Below are positions 1 through 12,331 of a stretch of 64,000 nucleotides of DNA, piece after piece. How positions within the stretch are numbered: position 1 is the stretch's first letter; each line of letters opens with the position of its first letter. This DNA is from Octopus sinensis (Eukaryota), in NCBI RefSeq assembly GCF_006345805.1, contig NC_043005.1:80166001-80230000 (forward strand), read 5' to 3'. Made by a program: the position numbers and the translations under genes. The notes below the pieces were generated by a model, which saw nothing but the letters and a program-made list of their open reading frames with translations, did not search any database and was not told the origin of the DNA.

Positions 1-199
1 TGTATTTCTCCATTTTCTTATTTTGTATTATGAATTTGTGGTAAAACATTTTACCTTTGCCCATATAATACAGTAAATGAATTGATTGCATCGCAATCCT
101 TAACATTTATGTATTAACCTTGTTGGGTACTTCACTAGCAGTATATTGGATATATGTTATCCCATGGAGGGTTGCATTTACAACCCCTATCTCAATTTG

Positions 200-224
200 T
201 ATATATATATATATATATATATAT

Positions 225-290
<66 letters not shown>
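200..290. repeat. (TA)n microsatellite
   Basis: Direct reading of the dinucleotide run. Confidence 0.98.
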
Positions 291-292
<2 letters not shown>

Positions 293-1358
293 GTATATAT
301 ATATTATGTGCGTGTGAGCGTGTGAGCGTGTGTGTTTACATTTGAAGCTGTCTTTAGGTGATAGGTGTTTTCACATTTCTGGCATCTATTCACTCTGCCC
401 TGTATTAATGCCCGAAATTGCTGCCCACTTGGGATTTAAATGTTGTCGAGAATCCTATGTAGTGTCTCAGTTTTCAACTGAAGCATGGTCCCCCACCAAC
501 TTTTCTTTAGTTTCTTTTTTTTTTTGTTTTTAGTTCTATAAGATTTTTTCAAGACAACGCATTTAACCAAAAATCTGGTTTTCAGTTTAACCTTAATAAT
601 TCTTCATTCTGTTGAAATTGTTATGCATACACATGTCACAAATCTACTTCGGACGATCAACTATAGTTACTAAATAAAATTTATCTCATGCACAGACATA
701 CCGTTTCGCATGATTGACAGGATCAGTATCATCTCTGATGCTTAAGAATCATGCTTTGACTTCTTCTGGAATGATTCGACTTAGTCTATACCTTTTCGAA
801 GATGTAGAACAGTATGCTAGCGTTCTAGCTATTTACTCTAGAAGCCTGGGTGTTTCAATGAGTTTAACGTTTCTACGGAAGCTGCTTATGCAACTTGTTA
901 GCAACTTGTTCCAAATACAGGTGATTTTAGTCGAATGGGAGTAAATCAAATGTGTTTGCAGTATCCGCAAAGAAGGGAGACCTTTCCGTTCTTCTACCGC
1001 AGCAGTTATTATTTTTATTGCTGTTGCTGTCACTTCTTATTACTACGTAGAGGCATTGGCTCCATTGTTATTATTACAGTTTGTTGCTAACGCAGTGGTA
1101 GCAGTGAGAATGACTTCGTTCCTTTCCGCTGATGATGGTGCGGTGTTTTCTTCTTATCTGCAATTCTGTTTAGCACATCATCGTTGCTGCTACTCTTTCT
1201 GCTGCTATTGTTGCTTATACAGTTGCTCTTCATTACAATGGCTTTGGATTTGTGTAAATGGGAGGATTTTATTATGAACAGCAATTTCACGTTCATGATC
1301 ACATCCCATTTTCATTTCTTCCTGGCCAACAAAATAGAGAGCATAGATTCCACCTTAG

Positions 1359-1359
1359 A

Positions 1360-1450
<91 letters not shown>

Positions 1451-1541
1451 CAACAACAACAACAACAATAATAATAATAATAATGATAAAAATAATAATA
1501 GTAATAATAATAATGATGATGATGATAATAATAATAATAGC

Positions 1542-1582
<41 letters not shown>

Positions 1583-1637
1583 TAAAAATAATAATAGTAA
1601 TAATAATAATGATGATGATGATAATAATAATAATAGC

Positions 1638-1687
<50 letters not shown>

Positions 1688-1695
1688 TAATAATT
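1359..1695. repeat. Compound (TAA)n/(CAA)n/(TGA)n microsatellite with a 96-bp higher-order tandem duplication
   Basis: Triplet runs; the variant block ATGATAAAAATAATAATAGTAAT... starts at both 1483 and 1579. Confidence 0.95.
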
Positions 1696-2517
1696 ACTGT
1701 GGCATTTTCCAAGGTGACTCACTTTCACCTCTAATTTCTTGCATAACCCTTATACCACTCACAAGTGAACATATCAGAACAGGGTGTAGGTATAAAATTG
1801 ACGACCAGAAAATAGACAATCTATTTCACATGGATGACTTAAAATGCCATGGCAAAGAAGACGATAATGAGCTTGAAGGTCTGTTACGTATTATGAAAGC
1901 ATTCAGTGATGACACCGGGACGAAATTTAGTCTTGATAAATGTGCCAAGGTCACTTTCCAGAAAGGGAAATCGGAGATCTTACATTCACTGGTGTTAGAT
2001 GTTGGCACAGTCATAAAAGAACTCGAGCAGGAACAAACTTACAAATATCTCGGAATAAATGAGGGCTCTGGCATTCAGCATGCAAGCATGAAAGAGATCA
2101 GGAAGGAATGTTACAGGAGAGTTCGAGCAGTCTTAAAATCTGAATTAAATGCACGTAACAAGGTGTTAGCCATAAATTCCTTAGCAGTTCCGGTTGTTAT
2201 TTACAGTTTCATTGTGTTGAACTTGAATACCAGCAAAATAAGGAAGATTGACAGGAAAATCCACAGGCTGCTGGCTGGCAGTAAAATGCACCACACAAAG
2301 GCAGACGCAGATCGTCTTTACCTACCCACAGCCCAAAGAGGTCGAAGCTTGATCCGATTTGAAATCACTTACAGAACCACCAGTATTAGACTGGCCAAAT
2401 ATCTTGAAACATTTAACGACTGGATGCTAAAGCTCGTTGAAAAACCATTGAAAGACGTAAGAAGCTTTATTCTTTTTATGAAAAGGAACAAAAAAATTTC
2501 AAGTGAGTTTATGCATA

Positions 2518-2563
2518 AAGAAGAAGAAGAAGAAGAAGAAGAAGAAGAAGAAGAAGAAGAAGA
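2518..2563. repeat. (GAA)n expansion inside the R4-clade ORF
   Basis: Pure GAA run; gives the poly-E stretch in ORF 1830..2618. Confidence 0.95.
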
Positions 2564-2968
2564 GAAGTTTAGTCTGACTGTCATGAGAAGGCTTTGCATG
2601 TTAGATCCCCAAAGATAATTGCAAGAAATAGAAGTAGTGAGACATGGTTATGGCTGCAGAAAAGAAAACCGAAGAGGGAGACAGAGAGTTTGTTAGTAGC
2701 AGCACAAGATTAAGCATTGAGAACTAATTAGATAAAAACCAAAATAAATAAAAAGCAAGTGTATTCCCATTGTAGGTTCTGTAAATCAAGAGAGGTATGT
2801 GTTCCTCATATAGTAAGTGAATATAGCATAATGGCACAGAAAGAATACAAGAAAAGGCATGACAACCTAGGGAGAGTAATCCGCTGGGAACTATGTAGAA
2901 GCTAGTATTTATCATACTGATTAATGGTATTAATATGAACACAGTATAGTACTAGAAAGTAAGAAATA

Positions 2969-3176
2969 GTGGGTTGACCGGAAAGTTCGTGTCGATTTAT
3001 AGTAGCTTACCTTTCGACTTGTTTTAGAACATGGTTGGGTCCATAAAATAGGATTTGACTACACCTTCATTTAGAGCACAGTTTAAGCTATTTCGTTGAT
3101 TAAAAATGTAATGGCAAGTATTTATTGACCTTTTTCTTTCCTTTAAAAATCAGCACGAACTTTCTGGACAACCCAA
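2969..3176 (+). mobile_element. Mariner-derived MITE (208 bp) nested in the R4-clade LINE
   Basis: TIRs GTGGGTTGACCGGAAAGTTCGTGTCGATTT / AAATCAGCACGAACTTTCTGGACAACCCAA; TA duplication at 2967-68 and 3177-78; removing it restores the LINE frame (VLESKKYKMLRDFNIQTD). Confidence 0.93.
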
Positions 3177-3829
3177 TATAAGATGTTGCGGGACTTTAAC
3201 ATTCAGACTGATAGGGTAAATAGAAGCTAGAAGGCCTGATTTAGTAGTAGTAGACAAAGAGAATAGAAAGTGTCAGAGAATTTGACTTTTCAGCCTAAAA
3301 ATACGAAAAGATCAATATGAGAGGTATAGAAAAAATAGCAAAGTAACAGGATCTAGCCATTGACTTACAGAGACTTTGGAAAGCGCGGGTAAAATCTACC
3401 CCCGTAATTATAGATGCATTAGGAACTATCCCTAAATAATTGAACAGATGGATAGAGAATATAGGCATAAAACCCAGTTTAATATAGCTTCAGAAAACAG
3501 TGTTATTAGGGGAAGCTAGAATATTTAGGAGGGTTCTTAGCATCTAAGGTTACTTGTTGTAGTCCGATGTTAGGACTTTCCTTTCCATCCGTCTAATCTT
3601 TTGTGCGTATGTGAAATAATAATAATGATAACAATGGTGATGATAATATCTTTTTATGACAAATCCATGAATATTGGATGGTAGGAAACAGCTACTAAAA
3701 ATGGGACTCAGTGTGAAACTAGTATTCCGTCTTAAACGTAGCAGGCGAACTCAAAAGATGAAGCGACTGTGGCGTAATTTGAAATAAGAACTTAAAAAAA
3801 AACACGCAGCTAAGATTATTGCTAAACAA

Positions 3830-3880
3830 AAACTACTGATGGTCTACTGCTACTACTGATGGTCTACTGCTACTACTGTT

Positions 3881-3968
<88 letters not shown>

Positions 3969-3990
3969 CAACAACAACAACAACAATAAT
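3830..3990. repeat. Compound (CTA)n-(TAA)n-(CAA)n microsatellite preceded by a 20-bp tandem duplication
   Basis: Direct reading. Confidence 0.93.
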
Positions 3991-4654
3991 CGTATGAGAA
4001 GCAATAGCAGTGGATCCATTGTTATCGATTCAATGCTGAAGCAGTGAAGATCATTAAAAGCCATTGTTAAACTGACAAGTTTGATAAGCATATGGCAGAA
4101 AAGAAGTGACACGTCTTGGTAGCTAAGAAAACAATGGAGTGGAATTGTTTCCATTGTCACTTATTATTAGTTAATTTCTATAGGAAATATATATCATTCT
4201 AATTTCATGACAGCAGACTAATAAATAGTCAAACCATTTCCTTGTTAAAGAATTCAATAAAAGATTTAAATAAAAAGAAAAAGAAAAAGAATGACATAGA
4301 TACAAAGTCATTCTTTTGTAAAAGTGTATAATTTGAACGTTAAAACTGCACGAAGAACATGTATAATTTGTAAATACAGTATAATCTGTGAAATCAGGGG
4401 TGTGTATTTGGCACAAGAAATAATAATGTTCATAATATTTATAGTCGCTGAGACCGTGTGGCAATGATGAAGTCCGAACAGTTGAGCCTATGTCTAACTA
4501 TTACTCTCACTGTTTCGCTTTTCTGCGAGTTGTTTGTTGAGCCGACGGTGACAGTGCAATGGAGGTCTAACTGAGTATGATGGATAGATTTTACAATACG
4601 ATCTCTTCTACGCTGTGACTGTCCACAGCCAAGTTATGAGTATTGTCCATCTTT

Positions 4655-5010
4655 TACCGTCTGCTTGTTTCAGTCGTTGATCTGCGGCCATGCTGGGGCA
4701 TCGCTTTGGAAGGCTTAGCTGATCAAATTGACCTCAGTATTTATTTATAGATTTTTCTCCTTTGCTGCAGTACTAACTTACAGGGACGTAAATAAATCAA
4801 CACCAGTCTTCAATCGATGTAGCTACAAACGTAAACACACACACATACATACATCACAAATATATACGACAGGCTTTCACACAGTTTCATAAATAAGGTA
4901 CTGAGTCGATCCGAGGCTACAGTAGAATACAGTTGCCAAAGGTGCCGCGCAGTGGGACAGAACCCAAGCGACATAGTGGCATAGCGATTATTTTAACAAC
5001 ACCACCATGG
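4655..5010 (-). mobile_element. Degenerate tRNA-derived SINE, family A
   Basis: Reverse-complement matches to the family A tail (CAGCATGGCCGCAG...CTGAAACAAG) and to the body motif CCGAGGCTACAGTAGAA. Confidence 0.75.
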
Positions 5011-5519
5011 TGATATGTTCGATATAAATGCCACAAGAAGCGAACAAACATTTTCAGTAAGATATTGAAGTCCTGCAACATTACTTTTGAAATTTAGCTC
5101 AGGGCTATATATTTTCTGACAGGATACAAACAATTACATCGAACCCCCTACATGCGTGGAACTTAACTTGAGGGATAAAAAACACATGATTCTAAGATTC
5201 AAAATTCTAAGAGAGAATGGGATACGTTTCAATCAAACGCTTTAATTATAACATTAATTGTTTCTCGCATATGATAAGCGTTCTTAGTTGCATAGACACA
5301 AAAGCTTGAAGTCTGAGGGAATTGGTCAGTCGATAAAATCGACCTAAATGCTTGACTGATGCTTTTCTTAATACGCCTTAAAAGGATGAAAGGCAAAATC
5401 GACCGAGGTGGAATTTGAACTAAGAATAAATACCACAAGGCACAGTTTGCACGATGCTCCAGGTGTCATACAAGTCTATCACCTTTGTTCTTATTGTATA
5501 ATTAATGAGCCTTTTGCTA

Positions 5520-5758
5520 GATTATAGTGTAATAGTAGTAGTTGTGGTGGTGGTAGTGGTGGTGGCTTTAGTAGTAGTATTGGTAGTAGCAGAAGTAGCA
5601 GTAGTGGTGGTAGCTGAAGTAGCAGCAACAGTGGTAGTAGTGGTGGTTGTAGTAGTAGTAGTAGTACTGTTGGTGGTCGTCGTCGTATTAGTATTAATAA
5701 TAGTAGTGGTGTTGGTGGTAGTAGTAGCAGCAACACTAGTAGTAGCAGCAGCAGCAAC

Positions 5759-5810
<52 letters not shown>
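5520..5810. repeat. Compound (GTA)/(GTG)/(GCA)n microsatellite
   Basis: Direct reading. Confidence 0.95.
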
Positions 5811-5811
<1 letters not shown>

Positions 5812-6254
5812 AAACCGATAATACCAAGTATTAAAAATATAAGTTATAGAATCGATGCGTTCGAGTAAAATTCTTCAAGGCGGTGCCACAGCATGGCCGC
5901 AGTCAAACGACGGCTACAAATAAAAGAATAATATATTTGTGCGAATTATCATCCTACAGCTATTTATTTCACCCATCATGGACCACTCTTGTGTAGATTC
6001 AACTAAAACCTTTTGAAGTTGGGGCTATGTTCGGTCTTAACGTTAAGGATACACTTCAGCTGGATTTACAATGTTTTGCTACATTGTAAAATATAAATCC
6101 ACTTACGCAAACTAAAATGTCTTTTCGAGATTACATTTCCCACTAGACAAATGGGAAGTTGTTGTACTGAATGTGTAAAACCGAGTCAGCCTTACCGAGC
6201 AGACACACGATCGATGGTATTACAGCTACGGCTTCTCTTTTTTGTATATGTAAT

Positions 6255-6600
6255 TACCTGTCATTTCATTTCTAAGTCTGTATGGTGAAACGTTAACGGA
6301 AATTTGGCTTCCGTGTCCAGCACGTTGTCGTTATCTAAGACAATATTGCTTGTGTCGTTCCATTTTAAAATCTGTATGGTGAAATTTAAGGGACATTTAG
6401 CTGCTATTTTCTGCAGGTTTTAGACATTTATAACTTCAATGCCTTGTCATTTTATTTCTTCGTTTGTACGGTGAAATTTAAGAGAGATTTGGCCGCACGA
6501 TGTAGTCACCTATGACCGCATTGCCTGTGTCACTTCATTTTCAAATCTTTAGGACGAAAATCTCAGGAGATTTGGTTGCCATGTCCTGTAAATTGTAGCC
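6255..6600. repeat. Degenerate tandem array, four units of about 85-100 bp
   Basis: Recurring motif (TC)ATTT...CTGTA(T/C)GGTGAAA...GA(A/C/G)ATTT(G/A)GC at about 6265, 6360, 6450 and 6535. Confidence 0.6.
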
Positions 6601-6969
6601 ACAGTTTCGTTGGCACATCCTACAGTTTACTATTAAATCATATATGAAATTGCGGTGCCCCAGCATGGCCACAGCTCGTGAGCTGAAACTAGATAAAATA
6701 AAATTAAAAAAAAATATATATATATACTTGGAAATGGATGGGTGACGCTCAATTAACTAATAAATAGTAAATATTATATAGTATATACAGATTCATGCAT
6801 ATATGGGTACAGGACGTCGCCAACGGTTCAAACAACACGAAATATGTAAACAACAAGAGAAAGGATTGACAACAAGACAAGTAAATGCAAAGAAAAGGCC
6901 CTTCATCAGTTGTCGGCTGCCTATCTACTCCTCATTTCGAGCATTCAACGAGAATAAGTCTTCAAAGAT

Positions 6970-7000
<31 letters not shown>

Positions 7001-8647
7001 ATGTGTGTGTGTATGTATATATATATATATATATATAGATAGGGAGAGAGAGAGTGATATTAAAAACACTGGATTTGTTGTACAGTATTTCGGGCGACGT
7101 TTAAATATGGACTTCTTTTAAAAATCGTATTATACTATGTTTATTTTAATACTACTTCAATGAAACATTTTCTTGTTTAAAAGACAACACGAAGCTTCGT
7201 GGGCACATGCCAATTATTGCAGTCTTTTTCAAAGTGTTAAGCTTGTCACAACTAAAAGAAAACATAAATACGGTACAATTGTGTGTGAGTGCGTATGTGT
7301 GAAACCAATCGATAAAGTGAAATAAAAGGTATGGATATCTATACAAATACTAAAATAGAGCCAAGCGCATTTCAATAACAAAAGATAACACCATTAAGAC
7401 TGGCAAAGATATTTCTCAACTAATAGTCAACGCTATTAACCACAATGAAAAGCAACTTCTTCGAAAGCAAAGAATTAGTTTATAATCTTTTAAAATATTG
7501 TTATTCATTTCAATGTCCTAAAGGGCGTGGGGGTCTCTTTTCTTTTCTTTTCTTTTTTTTTTTGTTTCTTTTACTTCATGAAGACTTATCATTGAAAAGG
7601 ACCCTCATCAATCGCTATCAAAATAACAGGTGCGTTGATTTTCACAACGATGTATTTAAAGGCAGCAAGAAAAAGGAGGAAAGAGGAATATAAAAGGTGA
7701 TTGAAAATGAGATTTGATAGGAGGAAAAATAAAATGATAACGAGGACAAAACGATAAAGAGAGAGAGAAAAAAGAAACAAAACAAAGAAGTTTAAAAAAT
7801 AAAGATTCTTATTGAGAATATAAATAAATAGAAAGAAAAAAGTTTCGAAGTGACAATTGGCTCTTTTTTTTTTTATATATATTAAGAAGTGATTTTTGTC
7901 AAGTTCAAAAGTCAAAGTTCACATTATACGTTTGCTGGACAAATGTGGGCGGGTTTCTGTTTTTCAGCGTTGACAAATCATTGACATAAATTTATTGAAG
8001 GGAGAAGAAAGGATGTAAAAAAAATAAGAGAAGGAATAAAGAATGGAAAACAAAATGTATTTCATTTATTTCGCGATAGTTGCGAAAAAGATAAGTTGCT
8101 GTCGTGATGATAGAAATAAGTGTGAATGAAAGAATAATAATAACTGCTATTCAACGCTATTTAAAAACTATGATATGTGTTCATTTAATTGTAGAGAAGA
8201 AGAAGAAAAAGACAGAAAGAAAGATTGAAAGAATGAAATAAATACAAACTCGCCGCCGCTAAATTTGGCCTAGCTACTTCCTATGTGCCTGACACTGATC
8301 AAATTCTTAACATTTCTTTTATGACAAACAAACATTTCTTTGTAAGAATATTGTTCAGACGACGACGTCACTAACAAAATATGTCTACCTATTTGTCACT
8401 CGTTTACATATTAACTCTCACATTTTCGTTTGTTTATATATTATTAACTCACATAGCTTCTTCATATTAACACTCATGAAAAAAAAAATACTGCATATTG
8501 TACTATTGTAGAACGATAGTACAATTAAATCATTTCTTTCGTTTAATCTCAGATATCTCATTTGTTTTCTGTTTGAATTTTGGAATATTTGTTTATTACG
8601 ACAATGCACAAATTTTGTTTTTTAAGATATGTTTTAATTAAAAAATC

Positions 8648-9080
8648 TCATGTATGCAGTACTATATATCTGGAAAATCCTGAAAGGAATTGTGCCAAAT
8701 TTTGGTATTGTAAGCTACACCAATGCCAGAACGGAACGACACTGCATAGTGCCAAAGATTCCAGCTATGCCATCACGCTTCGGACCAGTTACTGCAACAG
8801 TCTGGGCTTCAAGGGCCCACAGCATTTTAATATTCACCCAAAGAGTCTGTGGAACTTGCACAAAGTAGATGCAGGGTTTTTTAAATCAAAGCTGGACCTC
8901 TTCCTGTCAAGAGTACCAGATGAACCTACCTCACGGCAAGAGAGGTGCAAATGAGGGTAGCTATATCAAACTCCGTTCTTCACTAAGTGCCACATATTAG
9001 AAGAGGTTCTTAGTAATAACAGTGTAGCGCAAAACGGCGGTGCATCAGCATGGACGCAGCTCTGAGCAGAAACTAGAGAG
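8648..9080 (+). mobile_element. CR1-clade LINE 3' end
   Basis: YAVLYIWKILKGIVPNFGI...YCNSLGFKGPQHFNI.PK...FKSKLDLFLSRVPDEP, typical of the CR1 ORF2 C-terminus; 3' tail GGCGGTGCATCAGCATGGACGCAGCTCTGAGCAGAAACTAGA. Confidence 0.85.
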
Positions 9081-9189
9081 AAAAAAAGTGTAATTTTTTA
9101 AACTGTTATGAATTTTCCATCGTCTCAGAAGTTCATACCTTACGTTAAGGAAAGTTGCGCGGCACCAATGATTTTAACAATCTGGATTA

Positions 9190-9650
9190 CATTTTATATA
9201 CTATTTTTATCTGTTTGTATGGATGGATGGAGTGAGGAAAGGTTTGAGTTAGATGTGTTGGAGTGAGGGAGTCAAGAGAGTTTATAAATGATAAGAAAGC
9301 TTGGAGAGTGTTTGTGGCGGATGAGTGAATTTGGTGTTGCTGAAAGGGGTACGGAACCGGCATGATGCTGTCGGGCCCCGCTGCTGATATTGTGGGTTGC
9401 GTTCTATGCCTTGCGTCGAGTATAGAACGGGGTTCGCCTCTTTGAGCTAGGAAATGAATGGAATGCCGAGTGTGTGTCTTGTAGCTACCCAATCTTTAAA
9501 AAAATGGGGAATAGACCTGAGTATATGTATGTATAGTGTTATCAAAACTTCGTCAGTAGAATGAGACGACTGAGCTGAGCTTTTGGAAGTTGGTGGTTTA
9601 GTGCGGCTGACGAGATATTGAACTTGTTTTGGTGAAAATACTTTTGAGAG
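9190..9650 (-). mobile_element. Possible ancient LINE ORF2 C-terminal remnant
   Basis: Weak peptide resemblance (FSPKQ, LITLY..ILR, TNTLQ) spread over several frames. Confidence 0.3.
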
Positions 9651-9836
9651 GAATTCACACGCACACACACACATACACACACATCCGCGTGTGCAGAAAT
9701 ATATACGCAGACTCATAGAGAGTGAGGACAAACATACATACATACAGACAGACAGACAGACAGATATTACAATTTATTAACTGAATCCGATTGACATCAA
9801 CACAGGCCCATACACATAAACAGTGGGCAAGAGATA

Positions 9837-9875
<39 letters not shown>

Positions 9876-11082
9876 TAGGCGAGAGAATGGAAAAGAGAGA
9901 GACATTAAAATGTCTGATGTTAGCCTCTAATCAGTGATGCCAAAACGACTGCGCCAGTATGTTTCATACACTTAAGCTGTCAAACGTTTTTCGTGATCAA
10001 GACTGAAAGAAGGAAGGAACAACATTTCCATTAGGAAAAGCACATTCATCCTCAGGTTAGAGACTTGGCCCTAATGATTCTAACATAAACTTATTTAAGG
10101 GCACTTGTGCACTGGATTAAGTTTAGCCCCGAATGACAAGTACAGTTCCTCCCATAAGCTTCTGTACAGTTCTGGCTATCATGTTCCACTCACAAGGCTT
10201 TCGTCATCTGGAAGTAATAGATGACGGCAGATGCACAAATAATGGCGGTGTTGCATCGATACCGGAAGCAACTGAGAGTTAAACGAACTTTCTAACCAAG
10301 AGGTTTATGCTCTGTGCTCATAATAGTCTCGTCATTGTAGGCTGTGAATTCAAGTACCATTGGTGATGATTTCTTATTTTGCAGGTTTGATATAGCATCT
10401 CGCCGCCATGTACTGGGGTTAATTCAACCATTTCAAAGCCTAAAATACGAACTATTATAACGTGCACCGAATAGGAATATTTAAGGTTCTGTTGTGTATA
10501 GCATGCAAAATTACTTTGTTCCTCAAAGCAGTTCTTTGTCATCTCCATCGTCATCATCATCATTATTATCATCATCATTCCTGAACATTACTATATTTAG
10601 TCTTAAAACTCAATGGGGCAGTGTCCAGTTTCTGTGATATCTAATAAGTGACCAAGATTGCAAACTTTTCCCTGAATGGGTAGTCAGTTTGTCGCAAGAT
10701 TACACAGCTGAGTGGATTGGAGCAACATGAAACAAAGGGTTCCGCTCTGGAATGCAACGCACGCCTTGTCCGAGAATCGAAACCGCAACCATGAGATCAT
10801 GAGTGCAGCAACTTGTCTATTTTCCCCGCACCTTCACAAAAGAATAGATCACTTTTGTATTCAAAATTTTACGGCAATATCCCATTTTTATATGATATAA
10901 AATATATAGAACATATTTCCTGTACTCTTAAAACGCATATAAACTCCTGCTATTGAATAAAGCGTTATATACATATAATATGCAAATCAGTAGATTCAGA
11001 GAACAGCAGCTATTGGACTTGATGTGTATACCAACGAATCGGCTAATTGCTTCTCTCGGTCAAGAGATGCAGATATTGCTGG

Positions 11083-11250
11083 AGGTGGATAGTCGATTAC
11101 ATCGACACCATTGTTAATTTATCGACCTCGAAATGATGGAAAGCCAAGTCGGCATCGGCGGAATTTGAACTCAGAACAGAAAGAAGACGAACGAAGTGCT
11201 GCTAAGCGTTTTATTCGGTCGGCGTGCTAACAACCCTGCCAGCTTGCTGC
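11083..11250 (-). mobile_element. SINE family B copy
   Basis: Reverse complement of GCAAGCTGGCAG...GTTAGCACGCC...GAGTTCAAATTCCGCCG...GTCGATAAATTAA...GTCGATGTAATCGAC. Confidence 0.85.
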
Positions 11251-11265
11251 ATTATTATTATTATA

Positions 11266-11321
<56 letters not shown>

Positions 11322-11350
11322 CATTATTACCATTATTATTATTAATAATG

Positions 11351-11414
<64 letters not shown>

Positions 11415-11430
11415 CAATAACAATAATAAT
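11251..11430. repeat. (ATT)n immediately followed by (AAT)n, an AT-rich quasi-palindrome
   Basis: Strand switch at about 11345 with no spacer. Confidence 0.92.
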
Positions 11431-11439
11431 AATCCTCTC

Positions 11440-11645
11440 TACAGGAAACAGAAAGCCTCAAATTTTAGCGGGGAGGGATTAAGTCGATTAAATCGACTCC
11501 AGTACGCAACTGGTACTGAATTTATCGTTCCCGAAACGATGAAAGGCGAAGTCGACCTCAGCGGAATTTGAACTTAGGTCTTAGCGACGGGCGTAATATC
11601 GCAAAGCATTTTGCTTGGCGTGCTAACGATTCTGCTAGCTCACCT
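11440..11645 (-). mobile_element. SINE family B copy
   Basis: Same diagnostic motifs as the other family B copies. Confidence 0.85.
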
Positions 11646-11665
11646 TATTATTATTATTATTATTA

Positions 11666-11744
<79 letters not shown>

Positions 11745-11765
11745 AATAATAATAATATTATTATT

Positions 11766-12012
11766 AAATTAAGGCCAATAGGTCAGATATAGTTGTTAGA
11801 GATCATGAAGAGAAAAAGGCTTTCTAATTGATGTATAGATGATAGCGTTTCTCTAAAAGAAATGAAAAAACTTTCAAAATACAAAGACCTGGAAATAGAG
11901 GTAACAATAATGTGGAATCTCAAAAACGGAAACAATTCCTATCATAGTAAGCGCATTAAGTATGATAAAAAAAATATTCAGACAAATACATAACGAAAAC
12001 AACAGGACTTAC

Positions 12013-12049
<37 letters not shown>

Positions 12050-12280
12050 TTGTAAGTCCTGTTGTTTTCGTTATGTATTTGTCTGAATATTTTTTATTAT
12101 CATATATATATAACATACAGAAAATTGCACTACTGGGCACTGCACTCATCCTACGCAAAACACTTTCAAAACAGTAACCATCAGAGCATCACAACACATC
12201 ACAGCACATACCCAGGGCAGACGGAGCTGCGCTCGGTAGTGAAGTGAAAGCACGCTATAAAAATATAACTACTGAATTAT
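11766..12280 (+). mobile_element. R4/Dong-clade LINE 3' fragment (RLE domain), interrupted by (TA)n
   Basis: KANRSDIVVRDHEEK..LIDV; KYKDLEIEVTIMWNLK; IQKIALLGTALILRKTLS*; followed by (TAA)n at 12281-12330. Confidence 0.85.
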
Positions 12281-12281
12281 G

Positions 12282-12331
<50 letters not shown>

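Larger units (their letters stand above)
1696..3614 (+). mobile_element. 5'-truncated R4/Dong-clade non-LTR retrotransposon (RT C-terminal half plus RLE endonuclease), degenerate
   Basis: GIFQGDSLSP at about 1701; HMDDLK (YMDD-like) at about 1827; FSLDKCAK; KYLGI; KRHDNL..IRWELC; DFNIQTD, RPDLVVVDK, EKIAK, LQKTVLLG..RIFRRVL near the 3' end; many stops and frameshifts. Confidence 0.92.

Noticed and set aside
1830-2618. 262-aa ORF as an intact gene
   Set aside because: It is an internal piece of a truncated LINE ORF with YMDD changed to HMDD, a GAA expansion and flanking frameshifts.
4464-4574. 36-aa ORF with a hydrophobic, signal-peptide-like start (MMKSEQLSLCLTITLTVSLF...)
   Set aside because: Short enough to arise by chance; no splice or homology support.
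6900-6970. Additional hammerhead in a Penelope-like fragment (minus strand TTGAAGA...GCTCGAAAT and CTGATGAAGGG)
   Set aside because: No NUH or stem III after GAAA in the first motif and no matching GAAA for the second; too degenerate to call.
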